From Octopus sinensis (Eukaryota), in contig NC_042999.1 of NCBI RefSeq assembly GCF_006345805.1, forward strand, positions 130,386,001-130,450,000: a stretch of DNA of 64,000 nt. Reading direction: 5' to 3'. Positions 1 through 12,615 of this stretch are shown here, in pieces (position 1 is the first letter of the stretch; the number at the start of each line of letters is the position of its first letter). The position numbers were made by a program, and so were the translations under genes. The notes under the pieces are model-generated. The model did not search any database and was not told where the DNA came from. It saw nothing but the letters and a program-made list of their open reading frames with translations.

Positions 1-79
1 GACATACACGCACAATGTATATATGTATATATTTATATATATACATATAAATAGATATATATGCATACATATACATGTG

Positions 80-155
<76 letters not shown>

Positions 156-400
156 CGCGCGTGTGGCTCTTTAAAAATGATTTCTTAAATAGAAATAAAT
201 AGAAGCAACTCCCATGTTATAGTAATGTTATAGCCTCAGAAATCTTGCCACAACGAAGTATTCCATAGCGAGAAACCTCTTTTTCATTGACTTCCATGTT
301 ACTTGAAAGTCAACTATAACATGCTGGATACAGTTGTTTGGGACAGACAAGAAAAAGTATATATACCGTCATAGAAGTCAGCTTCCCATAGGTGAGAATA

Positions 401-664
401 AAATAATAAATAAATGCGCCCTTTTTTTGAAGCCTAGCCAAGTTCATGGGCCAGGTTTCCCGGTTTCAATGGCGTATGTGTTCCCCAGCTGGACGGGACG
501 CCAGTCCATCGCAGCGTTACTCATTTTTGCCAGCTGAGTGGACTGGAGCAACGTGAAATGAAGTATTTTGCTCAAGAACACAGCGCGTCGCCCGGTCCAG
601 GAATCGAAACCACAATCTTACGATCATGATACTGACACCCTAACCACTAAGCCACGCGCCTCCA
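401..664 (-). mobile_element. tRNA-derived SINE (CORE-like centre), full length, with 15-bp target-site duplication
   Basis: Minus strand begins GTGGAGGCGCGTGGCTTAGTGGTTAGG (A box) and has GTTTCGATTCC (B box), an internal GCGATGGACTGGCGTCCCGTCCAG and a TTTA-type tail. CCATAGGTGAGAATA is duplicated at 386-400 and 665-679. Confidence 0.92.
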
Positions 665-1261
665 CCATAGGTGAGAATATCTCTTCGATAATCAAAGAGA
701 AAAAGGTAACTACAGATAACAGCTTTCAAAGCTTCAGCACTTATAAGCCCCAGGTTATCAGTTAACGAAATCAGCCAGCTAACAACCACAATCTGTAAGT
801 GGAACAGTAAAAATATGCAAGACTTTTCTCAAGTTCAGCTTATCAAGTTGTCTTTGTTATCTACGTTCCAATAGTGGAGCTCTGTATCTTCGTTAGGAGA
901 ATTCCTCACTGGATAAATTCAAGCAATTAGATATAGAAAAGAACATATATAACGACATTTCGGGGCCAATAAATTCGGTACCTGTTGAGCACCGGGGTTG
1001 ATTTAATCAATTTTCCCCGTCCCCCGAAATTGCTGGCCTTGTGCTAAATTTTGAAACTAATATTTAGAGCAGCAGCATATCGCTTTTTCCTTCTTTTTAA
1101 AATTTTTTTCTAAAATACGCAATCGCAGCTTTCTTGTTCATATCATTGTATGTTGTTTTCAACATTTTTCTATGTACAATATTTTCAGCTAAAGAAGAAA
1201 CTAGATTTTATTTCATACATGCATGCAGTAAGAGGTTCCTCATATATGCGTGTGAGTGTGA

Positions 1262-1319
<58 letters not shown>

Positions 1320-2034
1320 TGTGTGTCCATCCTAGAATATTGGTTATAAATATATATATATATGCTCCCATAGCCTTACTAAGCTTTCCAAGACAGGTAA
1401 GTTCGATACAGTTGGCATTTAATTTGAACTTCTGTAGAATTCAGAAGTTATTAATGAAGGATCTTGGTTTGGCACGCTAAGGATGAATAGAATTAAGCGA
1501 TGGGTGCATCAACTGAGCTAAATTGTAAGAACTTGCTAGTTCAAGTGAGCAAAACTCGTTGTAGTAGCCGTAGAAGAAGTAGAGAGGAAAATCAGTACAT
1601 TTGTGAGTGAGTAGTTGTAGCATGTTGGTGAATACGTTTTTGCCAATCAGCTGAATGACAGAATTGAAATACAAGCTACTATTTTTTCTCCTTTATTTAA
1701 AGTTTTTTTTTTTTTTTTTTTCTGTAGGTAGCCCCTGTGAAGTCCCATGTATGTAAGTTGCATTTCAAAGTGGGTCTTGTTTGTCTTTTGTCAAGGATTT
1801 CAAATTGCTCAGAGCTGAAGTCCGTCTTGAAAATGAAGAATAATATTTAGAGTGAAGACCTGATTATACACGTGAGGTCGCTCGTCGAGAGAGATCATTA
1901 ATGATTGCTAGTCCAGCATTTGTAGTGATTTGAAGAATTTAGTTGTTTTCATGTGTGTGTGTGCGTGTGTGTGCGCGCGTGCGTTTATGTGTGTGTGTGT
2001 GTGTGTGTGTGTACGTGCGCGCGCGCACGTTAAA

Positions 2035-2817
2035 GCATGTGTCTAGAAGGTTGTTCTCATATAATCCGGATATGCATAGAATGGCAGAGGACATTCTGTG
2101 GAAAGACATCTCTGTTGAAGACTTCAGGTCTGCATTGAGAAAAATTCAGCATGGAAATCACCTGGGAAAGAATAAAGTCCCTAAGTTCGTGTTGAATGCT
2201 TTCTCCGAATCTCATGGGACCCTCACCTTGTATGTACAATAGCATTATGCATGATCTCAGGAAAAAACCTCCCTTGTTGGTAAATAGAGTCACTTACCTT
2301 GCCAAAATGATAAAACTGGTAATCCCCATAACTACCGACAAATTACATGTCTTAAAACAATATATAAACTACTAACGTTTATCATTACTAAATATACATA
2401 TACTTTCCCGACAAGATATTTCCCAACGAGCTTCTAAACGTGGCTCGTATGGTTGTAAAAGCAAACTTTTAATCAACAAAATGGTCCTTGAGGACAGCTA
2501 CAAACGCCGCAAAAAATCTTGATATTGCATAAATTAGTTATAAAAAAGCGTTTGGCAGGCTTTCCCATAAATGGACTGAAAAATGCTTGGAAGTATATAA
2601 AATCTCTTTGTCGAATACTATGAAGCAATGGCAAACAACTTTTTGTTTTTGGTATCTCAACAATTCTACTGAATTCAGAGACAGGTACTATAACCGCAGG
2701 TGGCATCGGGATAAACTTCAGCAGTTTTCAAGTCGATTCTCTATCACCAGTACCCTTTTACGTGGTTCTCATTTTCCTAAGTAAGTTGTTGCATGATATA
2801 AAACATGGGTACAGAGT

Positions 2818-2856
<39 letters not shown>

Positions 2857-3640
2857 GTTTAACGTCCGTTCTCCATGCTAGCATGGGTTGGACGGTTCGA
2901 CCAGGGATCTGGGAAGCCAGAAGGCTGCACCAGGCTCCAGTCTAATCTGGCAGTGTTTCTACAGCTGGATGCCCTTCCTAACGCCAACCACTCCAAGAGT
3001 GTAGTGGGTGCTCTTTACGTGCCACCGGCACAGGTGCCAGGCGAGGCTGGCAACGGCCACGATCAATTACCTCCTTTTCATGGATGATCTAAAGTTTTAC
3101 ACGAAAGCTGATCAACCACTGGAATGCCTTTTAACGGTAGTAAAACAATGAAAAATATTTGCGAAATTAAGTAAAACCTTCAGAAAGAATTAGAAAATTA
3201 CTTTTTGTAAATCTCACAACGAGAGACATTCAGCAACAGCACTTCGGAGTAATTATGTTGGCAAACAATCTTTGCTCCTTCAGAAAGAAGTTTCAAAAAT
3301 GTAGCATTTAAGAATAACTACGATACCTGTGATCATCGAAGTTTTTCGGACAATATCAAATGGTGCTCTTAAACACTATGACCAACTACCAGAAATCTCA
3401 AGGTATCAGAACTATAAAAGATTGTTCTCATGGGTACTGCCTGCATCTTGATTCTCTTAAAACATCATTCAAAACTGAAATATTATAAATTTAACAGAAT
3501 CTTAGTTCTCAGATTCTTATCTCCTTCCCGTACAACACATCGTTGCTAATCATAACTAACACCCATAGTAAAGCATCCGACTTGATGTTACTTGAGGTCT
3601 CTGGATAAGACTTGGAACAGTTCATATGAAACTAAACAAC
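2035..3640 (+). mobile_element. R4/Dong-like non-LTR retrotransposon remnant (RT plus C-terminus), frameshifted, internally deleted and interrupted by a SINE
   Basis: Manual translation across frames gives WKDISVEDFRSALRK, NPHNYRQITCLKTIYKLLT, FQVDSLSP (2726), NYLLFMDDLK (RT catalytic motif, 3068-3097) and terminal EL*KIVLMGTACIL. Confidence 0.85.
2819..3063 (-). mobile_element. SINE with (GAT)n tail inserted in the Dong-like LINE
   Basis: Reverse complement of the family seen at 34145-34410 (GGCGTTAGGAAGGGCATCCAGCTGTAGAAA core); (ATC)n tract at 2819-2857. Confidence 0.85.
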
Positions 3641-3649
3641 AATGATAAT

Positions 3650-3833
3650 AATGGTTTCAAATTTTGGCACAAAGCCAGCAATTTCGGAGAAGGGGCTAAG
3701 TCGATTACATCGACCCCAGTGCTGAACTTGTACTTATTTTATCGACCCCGAAGGATGAAAGGCAAAGTCGACCTCGGATGTAATGCCGCTAAATATTTTG
3801 CCTGGGTGCTAACGATTCTGCCAGCTCACCGCC

Positions 3834-3835
<2 letters not shown>
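3650..3835 (-). mobile_element. tRNA-derived SINE, Meta-domain-like family (internally deleted copy)
   Basis: Minus strand carries GTCGACTTTGCCTTTCATCCTTCGGGGTCGATAAAATAAGTACAAG, the core shared by more than 15 copies in the window. Confidence 0.85.
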
Positions 3836-3914
<79 letters not shown>

Positions 3915-3966
3915 TTAATAATAATAATAATAATCATCATCATCATCATCATCATTATTATTATTA

Positions 3967-4000
<34 letters not shown>
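3836..4000. repeat. Compound trinucleotide microsatellite (AAT)n-(CAT)n-(TAT)n
   Basis: Directly visible; explains the poly-N/H/I ORFs in the track. Confidence 0.98.
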
Positions 4001-5281
4001 AACAAAGTCAGAGATTTTAACTTCTGAGAGCATTTCTGCCTATTTAGGTCTTCACTCTTTGGAATGCTTACGGGTATGTTTACCATAATATAGAAGTAGA
4101 AAATTCTTGAAAAGTTTTTGGCATTCAACAGAGATAAAAAAAATGGGGGAATGGGATAAACTGCCAGATCCCAACACTCCCTTAATCAAAGGCCTACAGC
4201 AGTAACTATGCTGCCGCAGTTTATCAGTTAAAGGTCGTCAGTGTTATAACTATCATCCATTAAAATTACCAAGCGTTGCCAAATTTTCCCCCAAAGAGGA
4301 AAGAGGTAGCTAGATGTATTTTTCTTCAACATCCCAGATCAGCGATCTACAAATGGCTGTGGTCAAAGAAAGCAGCCCACACCAATTTGCTGGTCCACTA
4401 CCTTGAAAGGCTATGTACACATGAAAAACTCGATAAAAACATTGATCTCTGATTATGGTGAGATACGATACAAAAGACATCGGACATTAAATGCCGAAGG
4501 TTGTAAATGTTCTTTGCCTTGTGTGTTGTCTCTGCAGATATTTAGGGGTTCGGTATTTTTGTTGGGCTATTCTATATATCACTGTACATGACAAGCCTAG
4601 TTGGTAGCTCAGCAAATTTTTTGGACGCTCTGATTTGGTTGTAATGTTTGCCAGTGGGGTGATCTAATATGTTAGAAATTCCTGAAGTCTTGTAAAAAAA
4701 AAATTGTTTATCTTTTTGGAGGATGGTTATACAACTGAAGATCTTTAAACTCCAAATTGTTCCTGTGTAGATTGTATCGGCTCCGGATGCTACAGTTTCA
4801 GGAAGTGCGTATTGGGAACTGACTGACTCCAATATTTCTTGAACTTCTCAGTTTTACCTAAAAACAAAGCCTAAAATGTTGATTGACATAGGAACGTTAT
4901 TGCTACAAACTAGGCCTAAGACTAATAAGATTAATATAAAAATATCCTTTCTACTAGAGACACAAGGTCTGAAATTCTGAGGGAGAAAGCTAATCGATTA
5001 CATCAAACCTAGTACTTGACTGGACCTAAAGGATAAGAAGCAAGGTCGACCGCTGCAGAATTCGAACTCGGAAAGTAAAGACAGACAATGCGCTGTCTTT
5101 ATAAATTTACATTGATATATAAAATATTTGTGGCTGAAAGCAAAAAGCACAACTGTGTTAGAAGTGTGTGGAATCTTTCTATATTGGTAAACAAGAACAT
5201 TTTCTCGTAACTAGTTTTTGTACCAATGCACCAAACATTTAGGTATGAAGAATTAATCCGTTTCACACACACACACTTATG

Positions 5282-5334
<53 letters not shown>

Positions 5335-5349
5335 GTATACTTACATATT

Positions 5350-5689
5350 AATTATTATTAACGGAAGCAGTATTGACATCAAAAGGTAATCTTTATATTC
5401 AACCAAACGTGGATGCCTCGTTAGAATACCGAACACTGCGTTATTAACCTTGAGAGATCCTCTTATGTAGGTGTTTAGTGTATGAAAGGACACACAAAGA
5501 TCGTAGCAGACGAAATTCATCTGTCATGGGCACCGGAATCCCTTCAGAAGATCTCTCAAGGTTAATAACGCAGCATTCGGTGTCCTAACACGACATCCAT
5601 GTTAAGTTGCATGCAAATTTCTTAGTACACAGCCATACCTGAGCCTATATATATACTTGATATTAATACTGCTTCCGTTGCTAATAATT
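5350..5689. mobile_element. Foldback MITE with nested inverted arms
   Basis: 5350-5382 is an imperfect reverse complement of 5657-5689 (AATTATTAnnAACGGAAGCAGTATT..ATCAA). The inner arms 5406-5463 and 5546-5603 are also inverted. Confidence 0.8.
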
Positions 5690-5990
5690 ATTTTTTAATA
5701 GACCTATAGGTTTATTTTCAGTGTCTCAAGAGTTGCTGATACTCTATATATCGTAGCAGCTAGTTTTGACTGGTATGCGTGATTGGACGGTCCCTGCTGA
5801 TGATTTCCAGTAGAATGAAATCCCGTGATATGGGAATTCTGGCGCTCATGTCAGACAATTCTCGTCAACTACAATATCTGTTGTGCGCTTTTATGCACCA
5901 AGTGCCTGTATGAGAGAATCTCTCAAGGCAAACAAGATATCCATGCTAAGTTGGATATGGAAACACCTTCAAATTTCAAACAAACTTATT

Positions 5991-7015
5991 TCAATATGGT
6001 GTAGGACCGCCTTTGGCAGTAATTACAGCTTGAATTCTACGAGGTATGGACCCGTACAAAGTTTGAATTGTTTCCAAAGGAATGTTTGTCCATTTTTCAG
6101 CTAAAACTGTCTCCTCTTCTTGTAGGGATGATGGTGGAGGATATCGACTCCTTACTTGTTTTTCTAAAATGCACCATAAATGTTCAATAATATTGAGATC
6201 TGGGGACAGTGGTGGCCAGATATGATGTTCAACTTCACTAGAATATTCCTCGTGCCATTTAGCTGTGTGAATTGCTGCATTATCATCCTGAAAGATTGTG
6301 TTTCCCTCCAGAAACAGTTCCGCAAACATAGGATGAATTTGATCAGATAAGATGCTTAAATAGTGTTGACTATTAATTCTGCCATGAAAGGAATCCATTG
6401 AGCCGGCGGATTTCCAAGATAAAGCCCCCTCCAGATCATCACAGGTCCTTCTCCATGTTTAACAGTTGGAAGAAGGCAGTCTGGGTCAAATGCTTCTTTT
6501 GACTGTCTCCACACGTATACTCGGCCGGTGATTGAAAATAAGGTAAAGGTTGACTCGTGCGAGAAAATAACATTCTTCCTCTGCTCTAGGGACCAATTCC
6601 GTCGGTTTTTAGTCCACTCTAAACGCTTTGCAATGTTTGCTTTTGAAAGTAATGGTTTTCTGATTGCAGCCCTCCCGTGAAAGCCAGATTTTTACAGCTC
6701 CCGGCGAACAGTTTTGTGGAAAGTGGGTTCACGATGTGGTCATTAAGCTCTGAAGTAATTTTGGGAGTTGTACTTTTGTGATCCTTTCTAAAAGTTCGCG
6801 TAAGAGTCTAACGGTCCCTATCTGAAAGTTTTGGTTTTCCCGGAGCTTTGTTTCGACGAGGAGGTTTTTCCCCTCTTTCTCAAAGGATGTCATTACTTTC
6901 GAGACTGTACTTCTTGATACATCAAACATTTCGGCTGTCTTCGTTTCGTTACGCTAGCGCCTGCCGTATGAGCACCAACAATTTGACCGCTTTGAAAGTC
7001 CGATAGATCTATCAT
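5991..7015 (-). pseudogene. Tc1-family transposase pseudogene
   Basis: ATG at 7015; MIDLSDFQSGQIVG..DVSRSTVSKV (HTH), RKPLLSKANIAKRLEW, FSHES (first catalytic D changed to H), TVKHG, FQDDNA, SPDLNIIEHLW, GGPTPY stop. Frameshifts and stops present. Degenerate TIR remnant (GGAAACACC) near 5943-5968. Confidence 0.93.
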
Positions 7016-7084
7016 TTTAATGAATTTTAATTACCTTTTTCTGATGAAAATAATAATACAAAGCTACTATAGCCTAGTAGAAAA

Positions 7085-7322
7085 TACTTTCTCTCGGTGT
7101 CATACTGTGAGAGCGAACCCCGAAATTCTTGCTGGACAATCTGTGCAAGTGGTTTGTTTATAGTGATCAAATGTTTGTGTTGCACATAAACTCACTCCCT
7201 CCATCAAATCGACATTGCCTATACAAGTACACGGTGTGTCACGAATCCTCTGCTTAAGAACTGAAACTACGATCTTGCGACCGTGAGCGCACTAACTTAA
7301 CTACTTGGCCACGCGCTCTCAC
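7085..7322 (-). mobile_element. tRNA-derived SINE (diverged, separate family)
   Basis: Minus-strand head GTGAGAGCGCGTGGCCAAGTAGTTAAG..GGTCGCAAGATCGTAGTTTCAGTTC resembles the head of the 401-664 SINE. Confidence 0.65.
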
Positions 7323-7609
7323 TGTATTCGTTAGTAAACTCAAACATACGTACATGTCTACAAACCACGAACCACCACCACTGTCGCTGCATATACACAC
7401 ATAGGCACATATACATTTATACATGCATATATTTTTATATATGAAAATATGTTCCCCTATACTTTCTTCTTTACAAAATCTTAAGAAATACACATTTCAA
7501 GAAAGAAGTTATATACCTCATACTTTCTATTCATGATTAAAACATATTTAAAACCCTCGGAGTTGTTACAAATGTTTTTTCCAGTCTGTGATAATATTTC
7601 ATGCCGACC

Positions 7610-8140
7610 ACACTTTATATAACATTGCCAAAACTGCATGCATCAGAGAACCTAGGATTCCTCTTTAGTCAAGGGACACACTCTATCCCCTATCAGTTGA
7701 TAACCCAGTTGATAATAACTTGATAATCTCCTACAGGACCCACCACTAGAGTATCGTTTACACCTATGAACAGAGCCAAAGCAAAACTCATTCTACAGAT
7801 TGGCAAAGATTCAACCAGAAGCACCCAAACACGTTACTTTTTATTCTGCTTAATCTATCGCTAGTATAGCATCCGTCCCTCAGAACGTAATTTCTATATA
7901 AATCTTCTACCTAGGCCCACTTGTAAAACCATTTTCTTCTTGTCGTCTCCTATCCCAAACTCTACATTAATAATGTTGTCCATTCTTTCCTCTACAAAAC
8001 AGCGGCTCTCGATTTTTCAGTTTTTCTTAACAGATATTGTTCCTAATCGACATTGCTACAGATGTTCAAAATGGACATCAACTGCACCAGTCTCTCACGT
8101 CTGGGGGATCTACAACAGTTCTTTTCTGACTACTTTATAA
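7610..8140 (+). mobile_element. Highly decayed Penelope-like reverse transcriptase remnant
   Basis: LPKLHASENLG (cf. LPKIHKPNNPG), IFFLSSPIPNSTLIMLS and KMDINCTSL..LQQFFSDY (cf. KMGPNYACLF..EQQIF) occur in the expected order. Confidence 0.5.
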
Positions 8141-9189
8141 CACATCTGTGTGTATGTGTGTGTACATACAAACATATGAACGAGACGATATTGGAAAGTT
8201 TTCGGGCTGTATATAGTATGAGTGGACTATTTAATGTAAATCTGAGTGCTGTTTAGGATCATTGGGGGTCATCCTATTGAGTCGGTCTAGAAATAAACTT
8301 CATATTATCTACTCGACCTCAATTATTACGAGAGATTTCGTGTAAAAACAGGTCTGCGATTTTTTATGATGGCGAACAAATTCAAGCAACTTGCTTGCCT
8401 TAAATTTTCAATGAAGCCCGGCAGATCTACCTGAAATAAAAGGTCATAATCATCACTAAAAATATTTTCTTCCTTTCATTTATTTGCTACCTAAAAAGTT
8501 ACATCGGTGACCTTCTGACTTAAGAACTGCATAGCTTCTCTACGAAGTGCTGCAATAATCATAACATTTTGGTGACTCCAACGTGCGAACATGTACACAA
8601 AAACGTTACATATATATGCGTGCTGTAATATGTGTACGCAATGAACTTCAAAGATAGTGCGTAAATCTTCCCGTCAAATATCGTGATCGAACATTCAATT
8701 GACTTCATTAGAGTTGTAAAAAGCTAATGAACTGAATCTCTGGCAGAAACATCCAGAAGTCCACACGGAACCTTGCCACTCAACTTTGTGAGATGTTCTC
8801 TCACCTTTTTCTCAGTTTCCTTACGGAAGTACTTGAGGTGCTACTCAAAGCTGTGCCAGTCAGCTGTGTGGTAAGCCTTTCTCAATAATTATTCTTCGTA
8901 TCATCATTTAGTATATTATGCAGCGAAAACTTGTACTCATTCCATTCGATTTCACTTGAATGCTGTTCTAGTTATTTTGTTGTATATAAGTATAGGCAAA
9001 TGTTTCAAGTTAATAAAAATGTGTGGCCATTATGAACGTAACACACAACCTACCAAATGTTATTTATCAATAATTAAACAATCCTAATATCACACTAAAC
9101 TTGATATCTCTCTTTCATTGATATACAACCACACAAGCTGTCAATTAAATTACTAAGATGAACACAACATTCTCTTACAGAATCAAGCC

Positions 9190-9385
9190 ACACAGAAGGG
9201 ACAAACAAGGACAGACAAAGGGATTAAGTCGATTACATCGATCCCAGTGCGTAACTGGTACTTAATTTATCGACCCCGAAAGGATGAAAGGCAAAGTCGA
9301 CCTCAGCGGAATTTGAACTCAGAACGTTGCGGCTGACGAAAATGTCACTAAGCATTTTACCTGGCGTGCTAATGATTCTGCCAAA
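9190..9385 (-). mobile_element. Meta-domain-like SINE
   Basis: Close match to the family core (AAGTCGATTACATCGATCCCAGTGCGTAACTGGTAC on plus). Confidence 0.9.
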
Positions 9386-9894
9386 GACAGTTGTAAATTC
9401 TCGAACAAAAATTCATACACGGTTAGCATGTAACACGCGCGTGCCCGCGCACACGCGCGCGCGGACACACATAGGCGTGCACATACACACACTCTGTGTA
9501 TGTGTCTGTTAATGTATGTACATTTGTGTATAAATATGTACGTGTGTATGTCTGTATACATTATTACGTGTACTTCAACATGCAATGAGCCATTCCTTTT
9601 TTTTCCATCCCTGCATCCCTCAGTATATGAATGTTGCTGCTCTCTCAGTATCTGAACGTGTATGTGTGTGAATACGTGTGTGTATGTGTATCCATTGTGC
9701 ATGGATATATGCCCGCGCGTATGTAGGCTCTTGTATTGAAGTGTGCGTGTGTTTGGAATTTTGTGTGAATATCTGTGAGCATGCAGGCTTTGTATGTAAG
9801 CCTATGCCCGCTTGATTGACTGTTACATGTAAACCATACGAGCCATATAAGAATATTTTTAACAGAAATTCAAGATTATTACTATTATTGTTAT

Positions 9895-10443
<549 letters not shown>

Positions 10444-10494
10444 AATCATGACCATTATTATCACCATTATTGCCGCGTCATTTGCCAATAATTT

Positions 10495-11270
10495 CCACTG
10501 AGTTGGGGACTGGGTATGTTGTAGTTGATGATGCGCAGATATGCGTTGAATCTGCGACATCTCCAGCAATTCCCTGACGATGAACAGACGTGGTCGTTGT
10601 GTTTAAGGCACGTTTTTCCATAGCTTATCTCTCTAAGAGAACTGCAGTTCTGGGTCAAGACCAATGCATAGTGCTTGGCATCTGGAATGTCAAAGCTCAC
10701 GGACTACTACTATTCAGGCAACACCGTAGGCGGATATACCACGTTGGCATTAAACTGAAGATTAGTGATGGGCAAAAGCGACGATACTCTCGCGTGAAGT
10801 CAGAGTTAATCTGTTCCTGAAGACTTTCGGGCCTGGTACCATGGGACCATACGGCAGTGTCACCGAGGGGCCTTGTCATTTCGAGATAAACTCTACAGGC
10901 ATGGTGTCTGGGATGCACGGAGAGCGACAGAAATAAATATACTCTCTACGAATTCGTCCAATACCCGAGAATTGCTGACTTATAATGAATACATCACGAA
11001 TGGGTTGAATTCAGCTATCACCCTGATTCCATTAGAGGATCGTCTTACTATCTTCCTGGTGGCTTTGGTGAAAGATGTGGCAAACGAGATTAAAAAGGCT
11101 GAAGACAAACACTTTCCTCTTCAGCAAAACCCCTAACTTTTACAAGTTTCACTTGAAAAGGAAGGTGAAGGTGGAGAGAGAAGTGCTGCCTTCAAACAAA
11201 TTTGTTTAAAGTTGGATGAGAGATGCGAGCTGGTGTCCAAGCGAACGGGCTTCCTCTGAGCATGCGCCTG
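10495..11270 (+). mobile_element. L1/Tx1-clade LINE 3' remnant (ORF2 post-RT region)
   Basis: LMMRRYALNLRHL, QCHRGALSFRDKLYRHG, FLVALVKDV and FYKFHLKRKVKVEREVLPS; homologous to 15215-15965 on the opposite strand. Confidence 0.78.
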
Positions 11271-11314
11271 TAGGTAGGAGGCAGACAACTGGGTCATGCA
11301 GAGAGTACCTATTT

Positions 11315-11760
11315 CTTTACTACCCACAAGGGGCTAAACACAGAGGGGACAAACAAGGACAGACAAACGGATTAAGTCGATTACATCGACCCCAGTGCGT
11401 AACTGGTACTTATTTAATCGACCCCGAAAGGAGGAAAGGCAAAGTCGACCTCGGCGGAATTTGAATTCAGAACGTAGTGACAGACGAAATATCGCTAAGC
11501 ATTTCGCTTGACATGCTAACGATTCTGCCAGCTCACCGCATTAATATAATAATGATAATAATAAAGGTTTCTAATTTTGCCACAAGGGTAGCCTTTTTAG
11601 GGGAGGGTACTAGTCGATTACATCGACTCCAGTGTTTCACTACTACTTAATTTATCAATCCTGAAAGGATGAAAGGCTAAGTCAACTTCGGCGGTATTTG
11701 AACTCAGAATGTAAAGACATGAAATACCACTGAGCATTTTGCGCGGCGTGCTAATTTTGC
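11315..11760 (-). mobile_element. Two tandem Meta-domain-like SINEs
   Basis: Family core visible twice (11370-11460 and 11610-11700). Confidence 0.9.
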
Positions 11761-12615
11761 CAAAACGTATTGTTGAGATATGGTAACGAAGACACAAGTA
11801 AAATTCTACAGCATTTATCGAATATTTCGTTTGTTAATTTCTCCCTTTATTAAATATTTATCGTCTTTTCTTTCCATGCAAAATATAAGAATATCAAACA
11901 ATTCATAAGTTGAATTTTGGTAATGTGTGCACTTGTTTATCTCCCTTCGTCTCCACTCTTTCGCTTCATAATCTCGACATATATTGCAGAATAAACTAAC
12001 AATAACTGCAGCAGTGAAAGATTTATATATTTATTATTAATACATATTTCTTTCTATTGCAATAGAGAAAGATCGAATTTGTTTCTGTATTTTAGGTGAC
12101 GCTTGTTATATTAAGAATCGATGAAGGAAAAAACAATGCTGATTCCGGCAGGATTTTAATTCAATAAAATTGTTTTGTTACTTTAGTTTTCACTCTAGGG
12201 AGAACTAGCAATAGATTGTAGTATCCATGATGGAGGTTAGCAACAGGATTACACTGCCATATGGGAATTTTGAGCATGTTGCTGACTCGATTCGATAGGA
12301 ACCTTACGGTACGTCATAGCGCTGCCAAACTATTACCTCACCCAACGATGATGACTCAGCGGTAGAGCTTCTATGTAGTCACCTTACAAGCTTAATATAT
12401 TACAACCAAAATCTTTCTCAACAAGTTCCTTTTAGCTTTAAAATGAGGATGCATGCTTTAACCCTACATTTTGGAATAACGCAACCAGAGAAAATACAGA
12501 CTGGCCTCAAACAGAAATACTGACCTAGACAATGCACTGAACATCATATATCAAATTTATTATCTTTGTATCATGGGCCTGTTGAAGCACAGTTAACTGA
12601 GATTATAACGTTATA

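Noticed and set aside
1728-1752. Apparent micro-exon after a long poly-T tract (TGTAG|GTAGCCCC...|GTAAGT)
   Set aside because: The reverse complement resembles the sequence at about 49255-49290 (ATGG..TT.ACAGG..CTACCTACAGAAA), so it is probably a dispersed repeat ending at poly-A. No recognisable peptide.
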